In this document: one piece after another, positions 11,610-20,911 of the stretch
Numbering within the stretch: position 1 is the first letter of the stretch
How the letters are laid out: each line of letters begins with the position of its first letter
NCBI GenBank assembly: GCA_965204375.1
Contig: OZ241986.1
Span: forward strand, 64,001-128,000
DNA: 64,000 nt
Reading direction: 5' to 3'
Source of the DNA: Candidatus Latescibacterota bacterium
GTDB taxonomy: Bacteria; Latescibacterota; UBA2968
The notes under the pieces: generated by a model
What the model was told of the DNA's origin: nothing
Seen by the model: only the letters and a program-made list of their open reading frames with translations
The model's database searches: none
Translations under genes and position numbers: made by a program

Positions 11610-14600
11610 TCAATCGTCATCTGCGGGTTGTGCCGCGGCTTCGGTGAACGAGTCAACACTATCGACCTGATTTTCGCTGTCGCTGGATATTTTGACTGAA
11701 ACGAGCCTGGAGACGCCGGGTTCTTCCATGGTCACGCCGTGCAGGGTTTCGCCATATTCCATCGTCCCTTTGTTGTGGGTGACAACGATGAACTGCGATT
11801 GTTTGGCGAATTTTTGGATGACTTTTACAAAGCGCGCGATATTGGCATCATCAAGAGGCGCATCGACTTCGTCGAGGACGCAAAAGGGACTGGGTTTGAC
11901 CAGGTAAATTGCAAAGAGAAGGGCAATGGCCGTCAGGGCGCGTTCGCCGCCCGAAAGCAGGTTAATGCTCTGCAGGCGTTTGCCCCATGGCCGCGCTGTG
12001 ATGATGATGGGTGCCTCGAGGGGATCTTCGTCGGGGGGCATGGTCAGATCGGCTTCGCCGCCTTCAAAAAATTCCTGGAATGTGGTCTGGAAGTGTTCTC
12101 GAATGCGGCCAAAGGTATCGAGAAAGCGCTGGCGCGCCGTGCGGTCGATGCGCGTGATGGTGCGCTTGACGATTTCCTCGGCCTCCAGAAGATCGTCGCG
12201 CTGGTGCGTGAGAAATTCAAGACGTTCTTTTTGGACTTCGTACTCTTCGAGTGCCGCCAGGTTGACAGATCCCATGCGCCGCATACGCTCTTGCAATTCG
12301 TGGGTCTTTTTTTCTGCCATATCCGCGTTAAATTCGGGATCCTGAAAACGCCCCTGTTCGGCAATATCGACTTCGTAATCGCGCTTGAGGCGTTGGATAA
12401 TTCCCTCGCCGCGCTCTTTGATATGCGCCATGGCGACTTGAATTTCGCTTAAACGCTCGCGGTGTTGTGTTGTGCGGCGATTTTTTTCCCGCAGCTTTTC
12501 TTCAATGGCGCGCGCTGCCATCACGATTTCGTGTTGTCTGTGCGCTTGTGCATCGCGTTTGTGCTCAATGCGAGATTGTTGCTTGTGCAGGACTTCCAGT
12601 TCGCCCGACGCTGTTCCGATGCTTTCTTCGCGTCCTTGTTTGCGTTTTTGGCTTTCATCGGCCTCGCCGGACAATCGCTCGATTTCGCGGGCAATGGCTT
12701 CGCGCTCTCTGCCCTGGCGCACGGCTTCGTGTGCGAGGCTTTCGATGCGTTCTTTCAAAGAGGCAATTTCCACGCGCACAGCAGCGACGCCATCTTGAAG
12801 TACGCGTCTCTGGTGTTCTTTTTCGCGCAAGTCTTCATCTGCACGGCGAACGATGTCTTCGAGGGTCTCGCGTTTGGCGTCGAGCTTTGTTTGCGCCTCT
12901 TCTGCATGGGAAATCAGATGCATCAATTCGCTTTCTCGCTGTGCGAGTTGTGCAGTCTCCTGGTCGAGTTCTGTCACTGCCTGAGCCTGGCGTTTGGCTT
13001 CTGTTTCGGCGTTTTGTCGGTCTCTTTGAAGGCCCGCACGGCGGTTGTGCAAATCGGCCAATGCGTTATCGCAGGCTTCGATTTGCGCGAGGTGTTTGTC
13101 GAGTGTTTCGAGCGTGCGTGCCAATTGTGTTTCGCACTTTGAGAGTGCGGATTGGGCGGATTCTATGGCCGTCTGGAGGTCGTCGATTTGTTGCTGGCGA
13201 CCAATGAGGCCCGATTCTGAGGTTGCATCTGCACCGCCGTAAACCGTGCCGTCGGCGGAAAAAACTTCGCCGCTGAGTGTCACAATTTCAATGCCTCTGT
13301 CATGCATGGTGCCGCTGTGAACAATCGCGGTTTGTGCATCGCTTACAATCAGGGTATGGCGCAGCAGCGCAGATACGGCACCGTGTATATCGCGCTGTGG
13401 GTTTAACAGATCGCTTGCCAGGCCGACAATTCCCTCTCCTTTGGGCACTTCGCTGAGCACGCCATTGGTAGCGATGATGCGTTCGAGGGGCAAAAATGCG
13501 GCGGCTCCGTGCTCTCCTTGTCTGAGAAAATCAATGGCCCAACGCGCGTCGTCGGTATTGCTGACGATCAAACATTCCAGTGCACGCCCCAGCGCGGCTT
13601 CAATGGCGGTGACATATTCGGGTTTGACATCGACCATGTCGGCGACAACGCCCTGTATGCGATTGGAAAAAGGCGAATCCACGGCAAGGGCACGTACGCC
13701 TTTGGAATAGCCTTCAAAGCCTTCTCTCAGTTTTTGGAGGAGGGCGACCCGCGCCTGGTCGGCTTCGATATTTGCGCGCAAGCGGTTGCGTGATTCGATT
13801 TGTTCGTCTCGCTGGGCAATACAGCAATCACGGTCTGCGATCTGTTGTTGTCTTTCTTCTGTGCGTTGGGCAATTTGACTTTCAACTGAGGCGATTTGTT
13901 CTGCGGACTGATTGGCAGTTTCGTCAGCCTCCTGGCGGCGTGCAGCCACGCGCTCAATATCCTGAGTCAATCGCGCCTTTCGCTGTACAATGCCTTCGCG
14001 CTCGGCCTGCATGCGCTCGAGGGCTTTGCCCTGATCACTATTTTGGCGCAATAAGTCCATCAACTGAGATTTTTGGGCATCGACTTGTGTGCGCTGTGTG
14101 TCCAGATCCCGGATTTCTGCTTCGAGTTTGGTGGTTTCCTCTTCGAGTTTCACTTCTGCGGCTTTGAGCGCTTTAGCTGATTTTTGCCCGTCTTGCTCGG
14201 CGGCTTTTTGGCCTTTTTGGGCGTTGTCAAGACGCACCTTGAGCGATTTTTGCTGATACTCGGCGCGTTCTAAAAATGCCTGAATATTGCGCACTTCTTC
14301 GCGTGCAACGAGTATTTCGCTGTCTTTGCCGTGTACGCGCTCGACGTGTTGCGATAGCTCGATATTGGCCTCGGCCAGTGCGCGATCCTGGTCGGTTAGT
14401 TCGACGCGCATTTCTTCGAGTTGGGCCTCGAGGGTGGTCATGTCGGTTTCTGAAATTTCGATGTCTTCTTTGAGGAAGACCATTTCCTCGCGCAGCGGCC
14501 CAGATTGGTCGGCCAGATCGAAGTATTGGAATCGCGCCAGTTTGATTTCGAGGTCGCGCAATTCATCTGACAGTGTTTTATAGAGCCTTGCTTTGCGCTC

Positions 14601-15224
14601 TTGCCGCTGTAGCGATGCGACTTGGCGCTGGATTTCTCCGAGCCAATCTTCCATTCTCTGCAGGTCTTGTTGTACGGCGATGAGCCTATTCCACGCAGAT
14701 CGTCGGCGAATTTTATACCGCGTTACACCGGCGGCTTCTTCAAAGCATCGTCGGCGTTCTTCAGCGTTGTCACTGATGATCTCATCCACCATGCCCTGTT
14801 CAATAACATAGGAAGACTGCGTGCCCAACCCGGTGTCCATCAGCAAGTTTTGAATGTCTTTCAGGCGGCAAGGAATTTTATTGAGCAGGTAGTCGCTTTC
14901 TCCGGATCGGAACAATCGGCGGGTAATGGTGACTTCGGAAAATTCGGTGGGCAAAATTTTTTGTGAATTATCGAGTGTGAGCGATACTTCGGCCATACCG
15001 AGGGGTTTGCGCGAGCGCGTACCGGAAAAAATCACGTCTCCCATACTGCCGCTACGCAAAGATCGGGGACGCTGTTCGCCCAGTGCCCAGCGCAGCGCAT
15101 CGACCACATTGGACTTGCCACAACCATTTGGTCCCACAACACAGGTAATGCCTTTTTGGAGGGGCATGTCGAGCTTTTGTGCAAAGGACTTAAAACCCAG
15201 TGCTTGCAAACGAGTCAGGTGCAA
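11610..15224 (-). CDS. smc: Chromosome segregation protein SMC
   Basis: GFKSF, GPNGCGKS, coiled coils with central hinge, LSGGE, LDEVD; TTG start with GGAGG RBS. Confidence 0.97.
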   Translation of the reverse strand: MHLTRLQALGFKSFAQKLDMPLQKGITCVVGPNGCGKSNVVDALRWALGEQRPRSLRSGSMGDVIFSGTRSRKPLGMAEVSLTLDNSQKILPTEFSEVTITRRLFRSGESDYLLNKIPCRLKDIQNLLMDTGLGTQSSYVIEQGMVDEIISDNAEERRRCFEEAAGVTRYKIRRRSAWNRLIAVQQDLQRMEDWLGEIQRQVASLQRQERKARLYKTLSDELRDLEIKLARFQYFDLADQSGPLREEMVFLKEDIEISETDMTTLEAQLEEMRVELTDQDRALAEANIELSQHVERVHGKDSEILVAREEVRNIQAFLERAEYQQKSLKVRLDNAQKGQKAAEQDGQKSAKALKAAEVKLEEETTKLEAEIRDLDTQRTQVDAQKSQLMDLLRQNSDQGKALERMQAEREGIVQRKARLTQDIERVAARRQEADETANQSAEQIASVESQIAQRTEERQQQIADRDCCIAQRDEQIESRNRLRANIEADQARVALLQKLREGFEGYSKGVRALAVDSPFSNRIQGVVADMVDVKPEYVTAIEAALGRALECLIVSNTDDARWAIDFLRQGEHGAAAFLPLERIIATNGVLSEVPKGEGIVGLASDLLNPQRDIHGAVSALLRHTLIVSDAQTAIVHSGTMHDRGIEIVTLSGEVFSADGTVYGGADATSESGLIGRQQQIDDLQTAIESAQSALSKCETQLARTLETLDKHLAQIEACDNALADLHNRRAGLQRDRQNAETEAKRQAQAVTELDQETAQLAQRESELMHLISHAEEAQTKLDAKRETLEDIVRRADEDLREKEHQRRVLQDGVAAVRVEIASLKERIESLAHEAVRQGREREAIAREIERLSGEADESQKRKQGREESIGTASGELEVLHKQQSRIEHKRDAQAHRQHEIVMAARAIEEKLREKNRRTTQHRERLSEIQVAMAHIKERGEGIIQRLKRDYEVDIAEQGRFQDPEFNADMAEKKTHELQERMRRMGSVNLAALEEYEVQKERLEFLTHQRDDLLEAEEIVKRTITRIDRTARQRFLDTFGRIREHFQTTFQEFFEGGEADLTMPPDEDPLEAPIIITARPWGKRLQSINLLSGGERALTAIALLFAIYLVKPSPFCVLDEVDAPLDDANIARFVKVIQKFAKQSQFIVVTHNKGTMEYGETLHGVTMEEPGVSRLVSVKISSDSENQVDSVDSFTEAAAQPADDD

Positions 15225-15379
15225 TGAAAACCTCCTACTCGAATCTTTCTAAGAGCATAAGGTGCGAAAAAACAAGAGGATATGGTAATACAAGTCAAAA
15301 TTTGTGTACAAAATTCAATGAAAAAAATAGGGGAAGCACTTTGGACTGCATTTACACACAGCAACCCGGGGAGAGTTGG

Positions 15380-15449
15380 GGAACTACATTTTGTGGAGGG
15401 GAAGGTTATTATCCATCGCTATAATACTATATCTTGTGGCAGTCGTCAA
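15380..15449 (-). promoter_or_regulatory. Sigma70 promoter facing smc with two NrdR-box-like sites
   Basis: TTGACG (15444-15449)-17nt-TATTAT (15421-15426); boxes GGAACTACATTTTGTG at 15380-15395 and AATACTATATCTTGTG at 15423-15438. Confidence 0.6.
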
Positions 15450-15551
15450 GGGTAAAAAACGATAGAAAAATTGACTGAGTAGAGTACCTGTCTGCCTCAG
15501 CACAGGCAGGCAACTGACCGCTTCTCAGGTCAATTCATAGATGAGCCTTCC

Positions 15552-15583
15552 TCATCTGCGTTTATCTGCGTTCATCTGCGGAT
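15552..15583 (-). repeat. 10-mer tandem array (CGCAGATGAA-like x3)
   Basis: tcatctgcg tttatctgcg ttcatctgcg gat. Confidence 0.85.
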
Positions 15584-15618
15584 GTATTTTGGAGTGGTCG
15601 GGCGGGGTTCTTTGGCAA

Positions 15619-15647
15619 TTGACATTATATCAGGAGCAATCTAATTT
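15619..15647 (+). promoter_or_regulatory. Sigma70-like promoter
   Basis: TTGACA-17nt-TAATTT upstream of the enolase-family gene. Confidence 0.5.
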
Positions 15648-15697
15648 AGGCATGGCGTTTCGCACCTGTGCAACACTTTCACAGAATGGGAGTTTTT

Positions 15698-16828
15698 ATG
15701 CTGAATTTACACGGTGAAAAAATTGTTCGGATTGAAAAAGTGGTTAGAAAATTTAAGCGGCCCCGCCTGATCGGGCGCAATGCGCGGATTGGCGTTCACG
15801 GGGATATGGTGACGGACCCCGTGGTTCGCATCCACACAAATAGTGGTGCTATTGGCGTTGGATGGTCTCGGTTGGGACGGGAAGAAGCCGAGTCATTGGT
15901 GGGCAAAGGCATTGGGGATGTGTTCCAATTGCCGGGGGGATCAAACGAAGCTGGAGCGGCGATTGATTTGCCTCTATGGGATCTGGTAGCCAAATTATCG
16001 GATCAGCCGTTGTACAGACTTTTAGGTGCTCGGGGATCGCGGGCAGTCGAGTTGTACGATGGTTCGGTTTATATCGATGACCTCGATGCCTCGGACGAGG
16101 AGGCTGTGGAGATATTTCGAGACGAAGTCAAGACCGGGCACGATTACGGGTATAAAAATTTCAAAATTAAAATTGGTCGCGGTGCACGATGGATGCCTGT
16201 TATAGAGGGTACAGATCGAGATGTGCTGGTTATTCACATTGTTCGGGAAGCCGCTGGTGAAGATGCAAAGATACTCGTTGATGCGAATAATGGCACGACG
16301 CTCAATATTGCAAAAGACATTCTCACTCGCTGTGAAGATGTGGGGATTTACTGGTTTGAAGAACCGTTTCCCGAAGATGGGGCTTTTAACGAGGATTTTA
16401 AGCAATTCATCGTCGAAAAAGGGTACGATACGCTCGTCGCTGATGGGGAATCAGGTCCTCCGCCACCCAGTTATTTTGATATGGTGAAAAAGGGATGGAT
16501 CGATGTGGTGCAACACGATTTTCGCGCCAAGGGCCTTACGTGGTGGCGCGAGACTGCCGCGATGATCGAACCGTGGGGCGGCCAGTGTGCGCCTCATTGC
16601 TGGGGGAGTTTGATTGAGCGCTATGCCCACGCGCATTTTGCCGCTTCAGTTCCCCATTTTTCGCTTCAAGAAGCCGCCCCCGCAGATATGCCAGGCATTG
16701 TGCTCGATGGCTGGACGATGCAGGATGGGTGTTTGATGGTGCCAGATACGCCGGGTACGGGGTTTGACCTCGAGGCAGATGTGATTGAAGAGGGCGTAAA
16801 ACGAGAAGATGGGTTCAGGGTGGGATAA
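15698..16828 (+). CDS. Mandelate racemase/muconate lactonizing enzyme family protein
   Basis: KIKIG, VDANN, WFEEP, ADGE motifs; start moved to ATG 15698 after GGAG. Confidence 0.88.
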   Translation: MLNLHGEKIVRIEKVVRKFKRPRLIGRNARIGVHGDMVTDPVVRIHTNSGAIGVGWSRLGREEAESLVGKGIGDVFQLPGGSNEAGAAIDLPLWDLVAKLSDQPLYRLLGARGSRAVELYDGSVYIDDLDASDEEAVEIFRDEVKTGHDYGYKNFKIKIGRGARWMPVIEGTDRDVLVIHIVREAAGEDAKILVDANNGTTLNIAKDILTRCEDVGIYWFEEPFPEDGAFNEDFKQFIVEKGYDTLVADGESGPPPPSYFDMVKKGWIDVVQHDFRAKGLTWWRETAAMIEPWGGQCAPHCWGSLIERYAHAHFAASVPHFSLQEAAPADMPGIVLDGWTMQDGCLMVPDTPGTGFDLEADVIEEGVKREDGFRVG

Positions 16829-16834
16829 TGAGCT

Positions 16835-18649
16835 ATGAACAAAGAATCGAAAACGCTTGAAGAATTGCTGCATGTGCGCGTGGTTCTTGAATTGAATAAG
16901 TTGGCGCGGTTGTTGACGGGGGCAAAACTGCCCACGCGCAAGGCGGAGATTATCGCCGTTATTGTGCGCGAGATAATGGAGTACACGCGCGATTATTGGG
17001 ACTTGCTGGATGATCTGCAACAAAAAGCCGTGGCAGAAGCTCTTTACGCGCCGTGGTTTGACGAAGAGGGATTTTACGCCAAATATGGCGCAAAGCCAGA
17101 TTGGGGAAAGACGCCTTCCTGGTCCCAATATAGGCACGAGCCATCGCTGCTCAACCTGTTTATTCTTAGTGGTGATCGCTATGATTCTTCCCGTGGCCAA
17201 AAGGTCGTACCCGACGATTTGAAAGTCATCCTCAAAGAATTTGTACTCCAACCGGCACCTGCAAAATTGCGCGTTGAAACAGAACGTCCGGAACAGGTAG
17301 AAATTCCCCAGTATGATTTTTTGACGGACAAAAATAAAATCAAACAGATCCAGCTTTATCACGCGGATACCGAGCAGACAGCACAGCAAGACCTAATATC
17401 TGTATTGCAATTGATCGATGTGGGCAAGGTGCGTTTGACTGAGAAGACCAGACGCCCAACAGCAGCCAGTCTTCGCGCCCTTGGCGAGGTTCTTTGGGGC
17501 GGTGATTTTTATCCAGACCGCGAAAAGCGCAATGAATGGGACGAATTGCCGGGGCCGATTAAAGCACATGCGTGGCCGGTACTCATTCACGCGGCAAAGC
17601 TGGCACGGTTGCAAAGCGGCAAGTTGCGGTTGACGCCTGCGGGACGAAAGGCATTGACTGCGCCCCCTCACGAAACCAGTAAGACGTTGTGGCAGGCGTG
17701 GCTTAAAAATGCAAAGACAGATGAAATGCAACGGGTAAGTGCCATTCGCGGGCAAACTGGACGGGGAAAATCGGGCATGACTTCTCCGGTAAAGCGGCGT
17801 ACTGTAATTGTCAAAGCACTCCGAGCATGCCCTATCGAAAAGTGGTTTGGTTTTGACGCCTTTTGCAATTTTATGCGTGCAGCGGGCTATTGGTTAATTG
17901 TGTCGGATGAGCCGTGGGAACTTTATATCGGCGATTATCACTATGGGCATTTGTCCAACGATGACTGGGCTTTGCTGACGTCTCGCTATACGATGGTATT
18001 GCTTTTTGAATATGCCGCGACATTGGGGCTTGTAGATGTGGCCTATATTGATCCGGCGGATGCGCCCTTAGATGTAGATTCCGCGTCAGATCTTGCGTTT
18101 TTGAGTCGCTATGATGGGTTGATGTATTTGCGTATCAATGCGTTGGGAGCTTTTTGTTTAGGGCGGAAGCGATCTTATACGCCTTCGGAAGTAGAGATTG
18201 AACATGTGCTCAAAGTGCTGCCCAATTTCGATGTGGTCGCATTCAAGCCCCTGCCGTCGGGCGATCAAATTGCGCTGGAACAATTTGCAGAGAAGACTGC
18301 TGACAACGTGTGGAAGATTCGGTCCGAACAGATGCTCAAAGGTCTGGAGAGTGGACAATCGCTCGATCACATGCGGTCATTTTTGAAGCACAAAAGCGGC
18401 GAGGAGTTGCCACATCCTGTGGCTGTGCTGTTTGACGATATGGCCGATAAAGTACCGCGTTTGCGAGCGAAAGGCACAGCGCATTTGATTGAGGTGACAG
18501 ATGTTGAGACCGCACAGTTTCTCGCACATGATCGTGGTGTAAGCAAACACTGCTATCTGGCCGGTGACCGCCAACTTGTTGTGCCAGAAAAATCTTTGAC
18601 AGCATTTCGCAACGCACTGAGAAAAGTTGGATATATATTGCCGAAGTAG
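16835..18649 (+). CDS. Protein with a C-terminal helicase-associated (XPB/Ssl2 N-terminal-like, Helicase_C_3) domain
   Basis: Winged-helix-like LRLTPAGRKAL segments; C-terminal LKVLPNFDVV...GQSLDHMRSFL...ELPHPVAVLF...FRNALRKVGY pattern; no Walker A motif. Confidence 0.65.
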   Translation: MNKESKTLEELLHVRVVLELNKLARLLTGAKLPTRKAEIIAVIVREIMEYTRDYWDLLDDLQQKAVAEALYAPWFDEEGFYAKYGAKPDWGKTPSWSQYRHEPSLLNLFILSGDRYDSSRGQKVVPDDLKVILKEFVLQPAPAKLRVETERPEQVEIPQYDFLTDKNKIKQIQLYHADTEQTAQQDLISVLQLIDVGKVRLTEKTRRPTAASLRALGEVLWGGDFYPDREKRNEWDELPGPIKAHAWPVLIHAAKLARLQSGKLRLTPAGRKALTAPPHETSKTLWQAWLKNAKTDEMQRVSAIRGQTGRGKSGMTSPVKRRTVIVKALRACPIEKWFGFDAFCNFMRAAGYWLIVSDEPWELYIGDYHYGHLSNDDWALLTSRYTMVLLFEYAATLGLVDVAYIDPADAPLDVDSASDLAFLSRYDGLMYLRINALGAFCLGRKRSYTPSEVEIEHVLKVLPNFDVVAFKPLPSGDQIALEQFAEKTADNVWKIRSEQMLKGLESGQSLDHMRSFLKHKSGEELPHPVAVLFDDMADKVPRLRAKGTAHLIEVTDVETAQFLAHDRGVSKHCYLAGDRQLVVPEKSLTAFRNALRKVGYILPK

Positions 18650-18693
18650 ATACACAGGCGGCAGACTGGCGTGACCGCTGGAGTGATTGGGAT

Positions 18694-19014
18694 ATGAATA
18701 AAAAAATAAAATCTGTTCTGGAGATATTGCGCCGTCAATTTGAGATATTTTATGGTGATCGACTGGCGCACATGGTGTTATTTGGTTCGCGTGCCCGCGG
18801 CGATGCAGAATCCGATTCAGATATTGATGTGCTTATTGTATTACACGGACATGTAGATGCAGTTGAGGAAATCAGACGAACCAGTGGGATTGTATCCAAT
18901 CTTTGTTTGGAATATGAAGTAGTAATCAGTTGTGTGTTCATGGATCTTTATCGCTATAAAAACAAACAAGGACCACTACTTCGGAATATACGCAAAGAGG
19001 GCGTTGCGTTATGA
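18694..19014 (+). CDS. Minimal nucleotidyltransferase (MNT antitoxin-type)
   Basis: LFGSRARGD...SDIDVLIV; C-terminal LLRNIRKEGVAL. Confidence 0.9.
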   Translation: MNKKIKSVLEILRRQFEIFYGDRLAHMVLFGSRARGDAESDSDIDVLIVLHGHVDAVEEIRRTSGIVSNLCLEYEVVISCVFMDLYRYKNKQGPLLRNIRKEGVAL

Positions 19015-19027
19015 AGGAGGTATAAAC

Positions 19028-20068
19028 ATGACATTTCCTGGAGCAGAATGGGAGATGAGGCCGCCCAGTGATCTCGGCTTTGACGTGGAGAAACTCGCAC
19101 GGGTGCAGAGGTGGTTGCGCGAGGTGGCGGAGGATAGGCCATTTCAAGTGGGGATTGCGCGTTATGGGTATCTCGCGGCAGAGTGGCGGCAAGGTGTTGC
19201 GGCTGATTCGATGCCCTCGCAGGCGTCTGCTGCAAAGTCGTATTATTCGACGCTTCTGGGCATTGTTGTGGCGGAGGGGAAGTTGTCTTCGCCAGATGAA
19301 AGGGTTGTCGATTACTATCCAGAGATGATGGATGTGGGCGAGCAGGAAGGCCCAAAGCCCGGGCGGTATGCGTTTGAGAAGGATCGCGATATTACTTTTC
19401 GGCATTTGATATGCAATGTGTCGGGCTATATGAAACCGGGGGAGAAACCGGGGGAGGTTTTTCACTATCAGACTTATGGGATGAATATTCTGATCCACGC
19501 AATGGCTAAAATTTACGGGTGTTACGATGCAAATGATCCCGAGGGTTTGCCGGGATGTGGGAAGGTGATCGAAGAAAAATTGCGCGATCCAATTGGGGGT
19601 ATTTGGACTCATTCGCATTCCAATTTCGATCTGTGGCCCAGTGCGAGATTAAATATTTTCGGGTATTACACGCAGGTGCATACCACATTGCGCGATCAGT
19701 TGCGGGTGGGACATTTGTGGGTCAATTACGGCAATTGGAATGGGGTTCAGGTCGCGCCGGAGAATTACTTGCGCGAAGCAACGGTGACGAATGATTTTAT
19801 TCTGGAAAACGAACCCGAAGAGAACTGGAAATATGGACACGGATTCTGGTGCAATGATCGCGGGATGCAGTGGGCAGATGCGCCGAGAGATTCTTTTGCC
19901 GCATCGGGCGCAGGTGCGAAGCATATCTGGATGTGCCCGCGGTTGGGTCTGGTTATCGCGCAAAATCCAGGGCTGTGGGATCAGTTCAGGGAAGAGCAGG
20001 ATAAGATCGGGAGTCAGAATGAGGTGATTGCGCGAATTGTGGATGCGGTGAAGGAAGTTGTTTGGTGA
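19028..20068 (+). CDS. Serine hydrolase (beta-lactamase/AmpC-like family)
   Basis: SxxK motif (SAAKS), PGEVFHY, YGHGFW; ATG 19028 with AAGGAGG RBS. Confidence 0.85.
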   Translation: MTFPGAEWEMRPPSDLGFDVEKLARVQRWLREVAEDRPFQVGIARYGYLAAEWRQGVAADSMPSQASAAKSYYSTLLGIVVAEGKLSSPDERVVDYYPEMMDVGEQEGPKPGRYAFEKDRDITFRHLICNVSGYMKPGEKPGEVFHYQTYGMNILIHAMAKIYGCYDANDPEGLPGCGKVIEEKLRDPIGGIWTHSHSNFDLWPSARLNIFGYYTQVHTTLRDQLRVGHLWVNYGNWNGVQVAPENYLREATVTNDFILENEPEENWKYGHGFWCNDRGMQWADAPRDSFAASGAGAKHIWMCPRLGLVIAQNPGLWDQFREEQDKIGSQNEVIARIVDAVKEVVW

Positions 20069-20096
20069 TTTTGATTTATGCACACGCCTCAACAAA

Positions 20097-20339
20097 CTAC
20101 GATTCCGCAGAGATCGATGCGGTATCGTACACTTTCCGTTTTTCACGCAATGGAAGGAGATCTGTACTCTCACACGTTATAAGGGCATAGGTGTAGCCAT
20201 CTTGAGCTACAAATTCTACTTCATAGCCATCATCAGGATGACATTCCACGACCGTGCCTATTTCGCCACGTACCAACTTGTGTTCCAACTTATCGTTTGT
20301 TAATGCCACCACATCCAATAGGCGAATATCATTTGTCAT
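20097..20339 (-). CDS. DUF4926-like small acidic protein (putative immunity/antitoxin)
   Basis: LLDVVAL...LVRGEIGTVVE...YEVEFVAQDGYTYAL. Confidence 0.8.
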   Translation of the reverse strand: MTNDIRLLDVVALTNDKLEHKLVRGEIGTVVECHPDDGYEVEFVAQDGYTYALITCESTDLLPLREKRKVYDTASISAES

Positions 20340-20341
20340 TC

Positions 20342-20683
20342 TTACCTCTCCTTCAAAGGGTAGCATGTGACAAGACGAGGATGTTGCTCGAGGGGTCTAA
20401 TATTCCAAACACTCCGGACCAGAGCTTGATGCCCTTGCCAATTCATCATAAAATTCAGTTCATAACGCTGTCCGTGAGCATCTTTTCTCCCCAATGTTGC
20501 CTCATGTGTGCGAACGACTTCAAGCAGAATATTACACAAAACTTCTGCATTTTCTTGTGTAATCCCAAATATAGAATCAAATAAACGCGCCTTATGACGA
20601 CCAACACGGTGCTGTGTGTTAAGCGTATAATCTCTAAGTTTCCTGATATCAATGAAGGCGTGTTCTGCGTTGGGTATAATCAC
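20342..20683 (-). CDS. DUF6883-like protein (putative toxin/nuclease)
   Basis: IPNAEHAFIDIRKLRDYTLN..H..GRHKARLF...PRLVTCYP; likely GTG start at 20683; 2 nt from the DUF4926-like gene. Confidence 0.72.
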   Translation of the reverse strand: MIIPNAEHAFIDIRKLRDYTLNTQHRVGRHKARLFDSIFGITQENAEVLCNILLEVVRTHEATLGRKDAHGQRYELNFMMNWQGHQALVRSVWNIRPLEQHPRLVTCYPLKER

Positions 20684-20911
20684 TATTGGACCAAAACCGT
20701 TGAGTTTTGCAGAATCAAAAGGGATAAAAAATATACCACAATCACTATGGCTGGTCAATGTGGGACTTCATTAGAAGATGGTCTTTCGAGTTTGGATGGA
20801 CAATGGATGGGTGCTTTGAAAGGGCGATGGCTTTAAGAGATAGGTTGATAATCGAAAATGGCGTAAAGGAACAAAGGCCGCCAACTGTTCACTTTAATTG
20901 AAGGAGTCAAA

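Noticed and set aside
230-14966. Long plus-strand ORFs (e.g. 1405-3012, 8075-9325)
   Set aside because: They are antisense shadows of gltD, gltB, the reductase, moaA and smc, with no motifs of their own.
20745-20860. Gene remnant or direct repeat bounding the dynamin operon (TAATCGAAA near 20850 versus TAGTCGAAA at 27241)
   Set aside because: The match is too short and the peptide is not recognisable.
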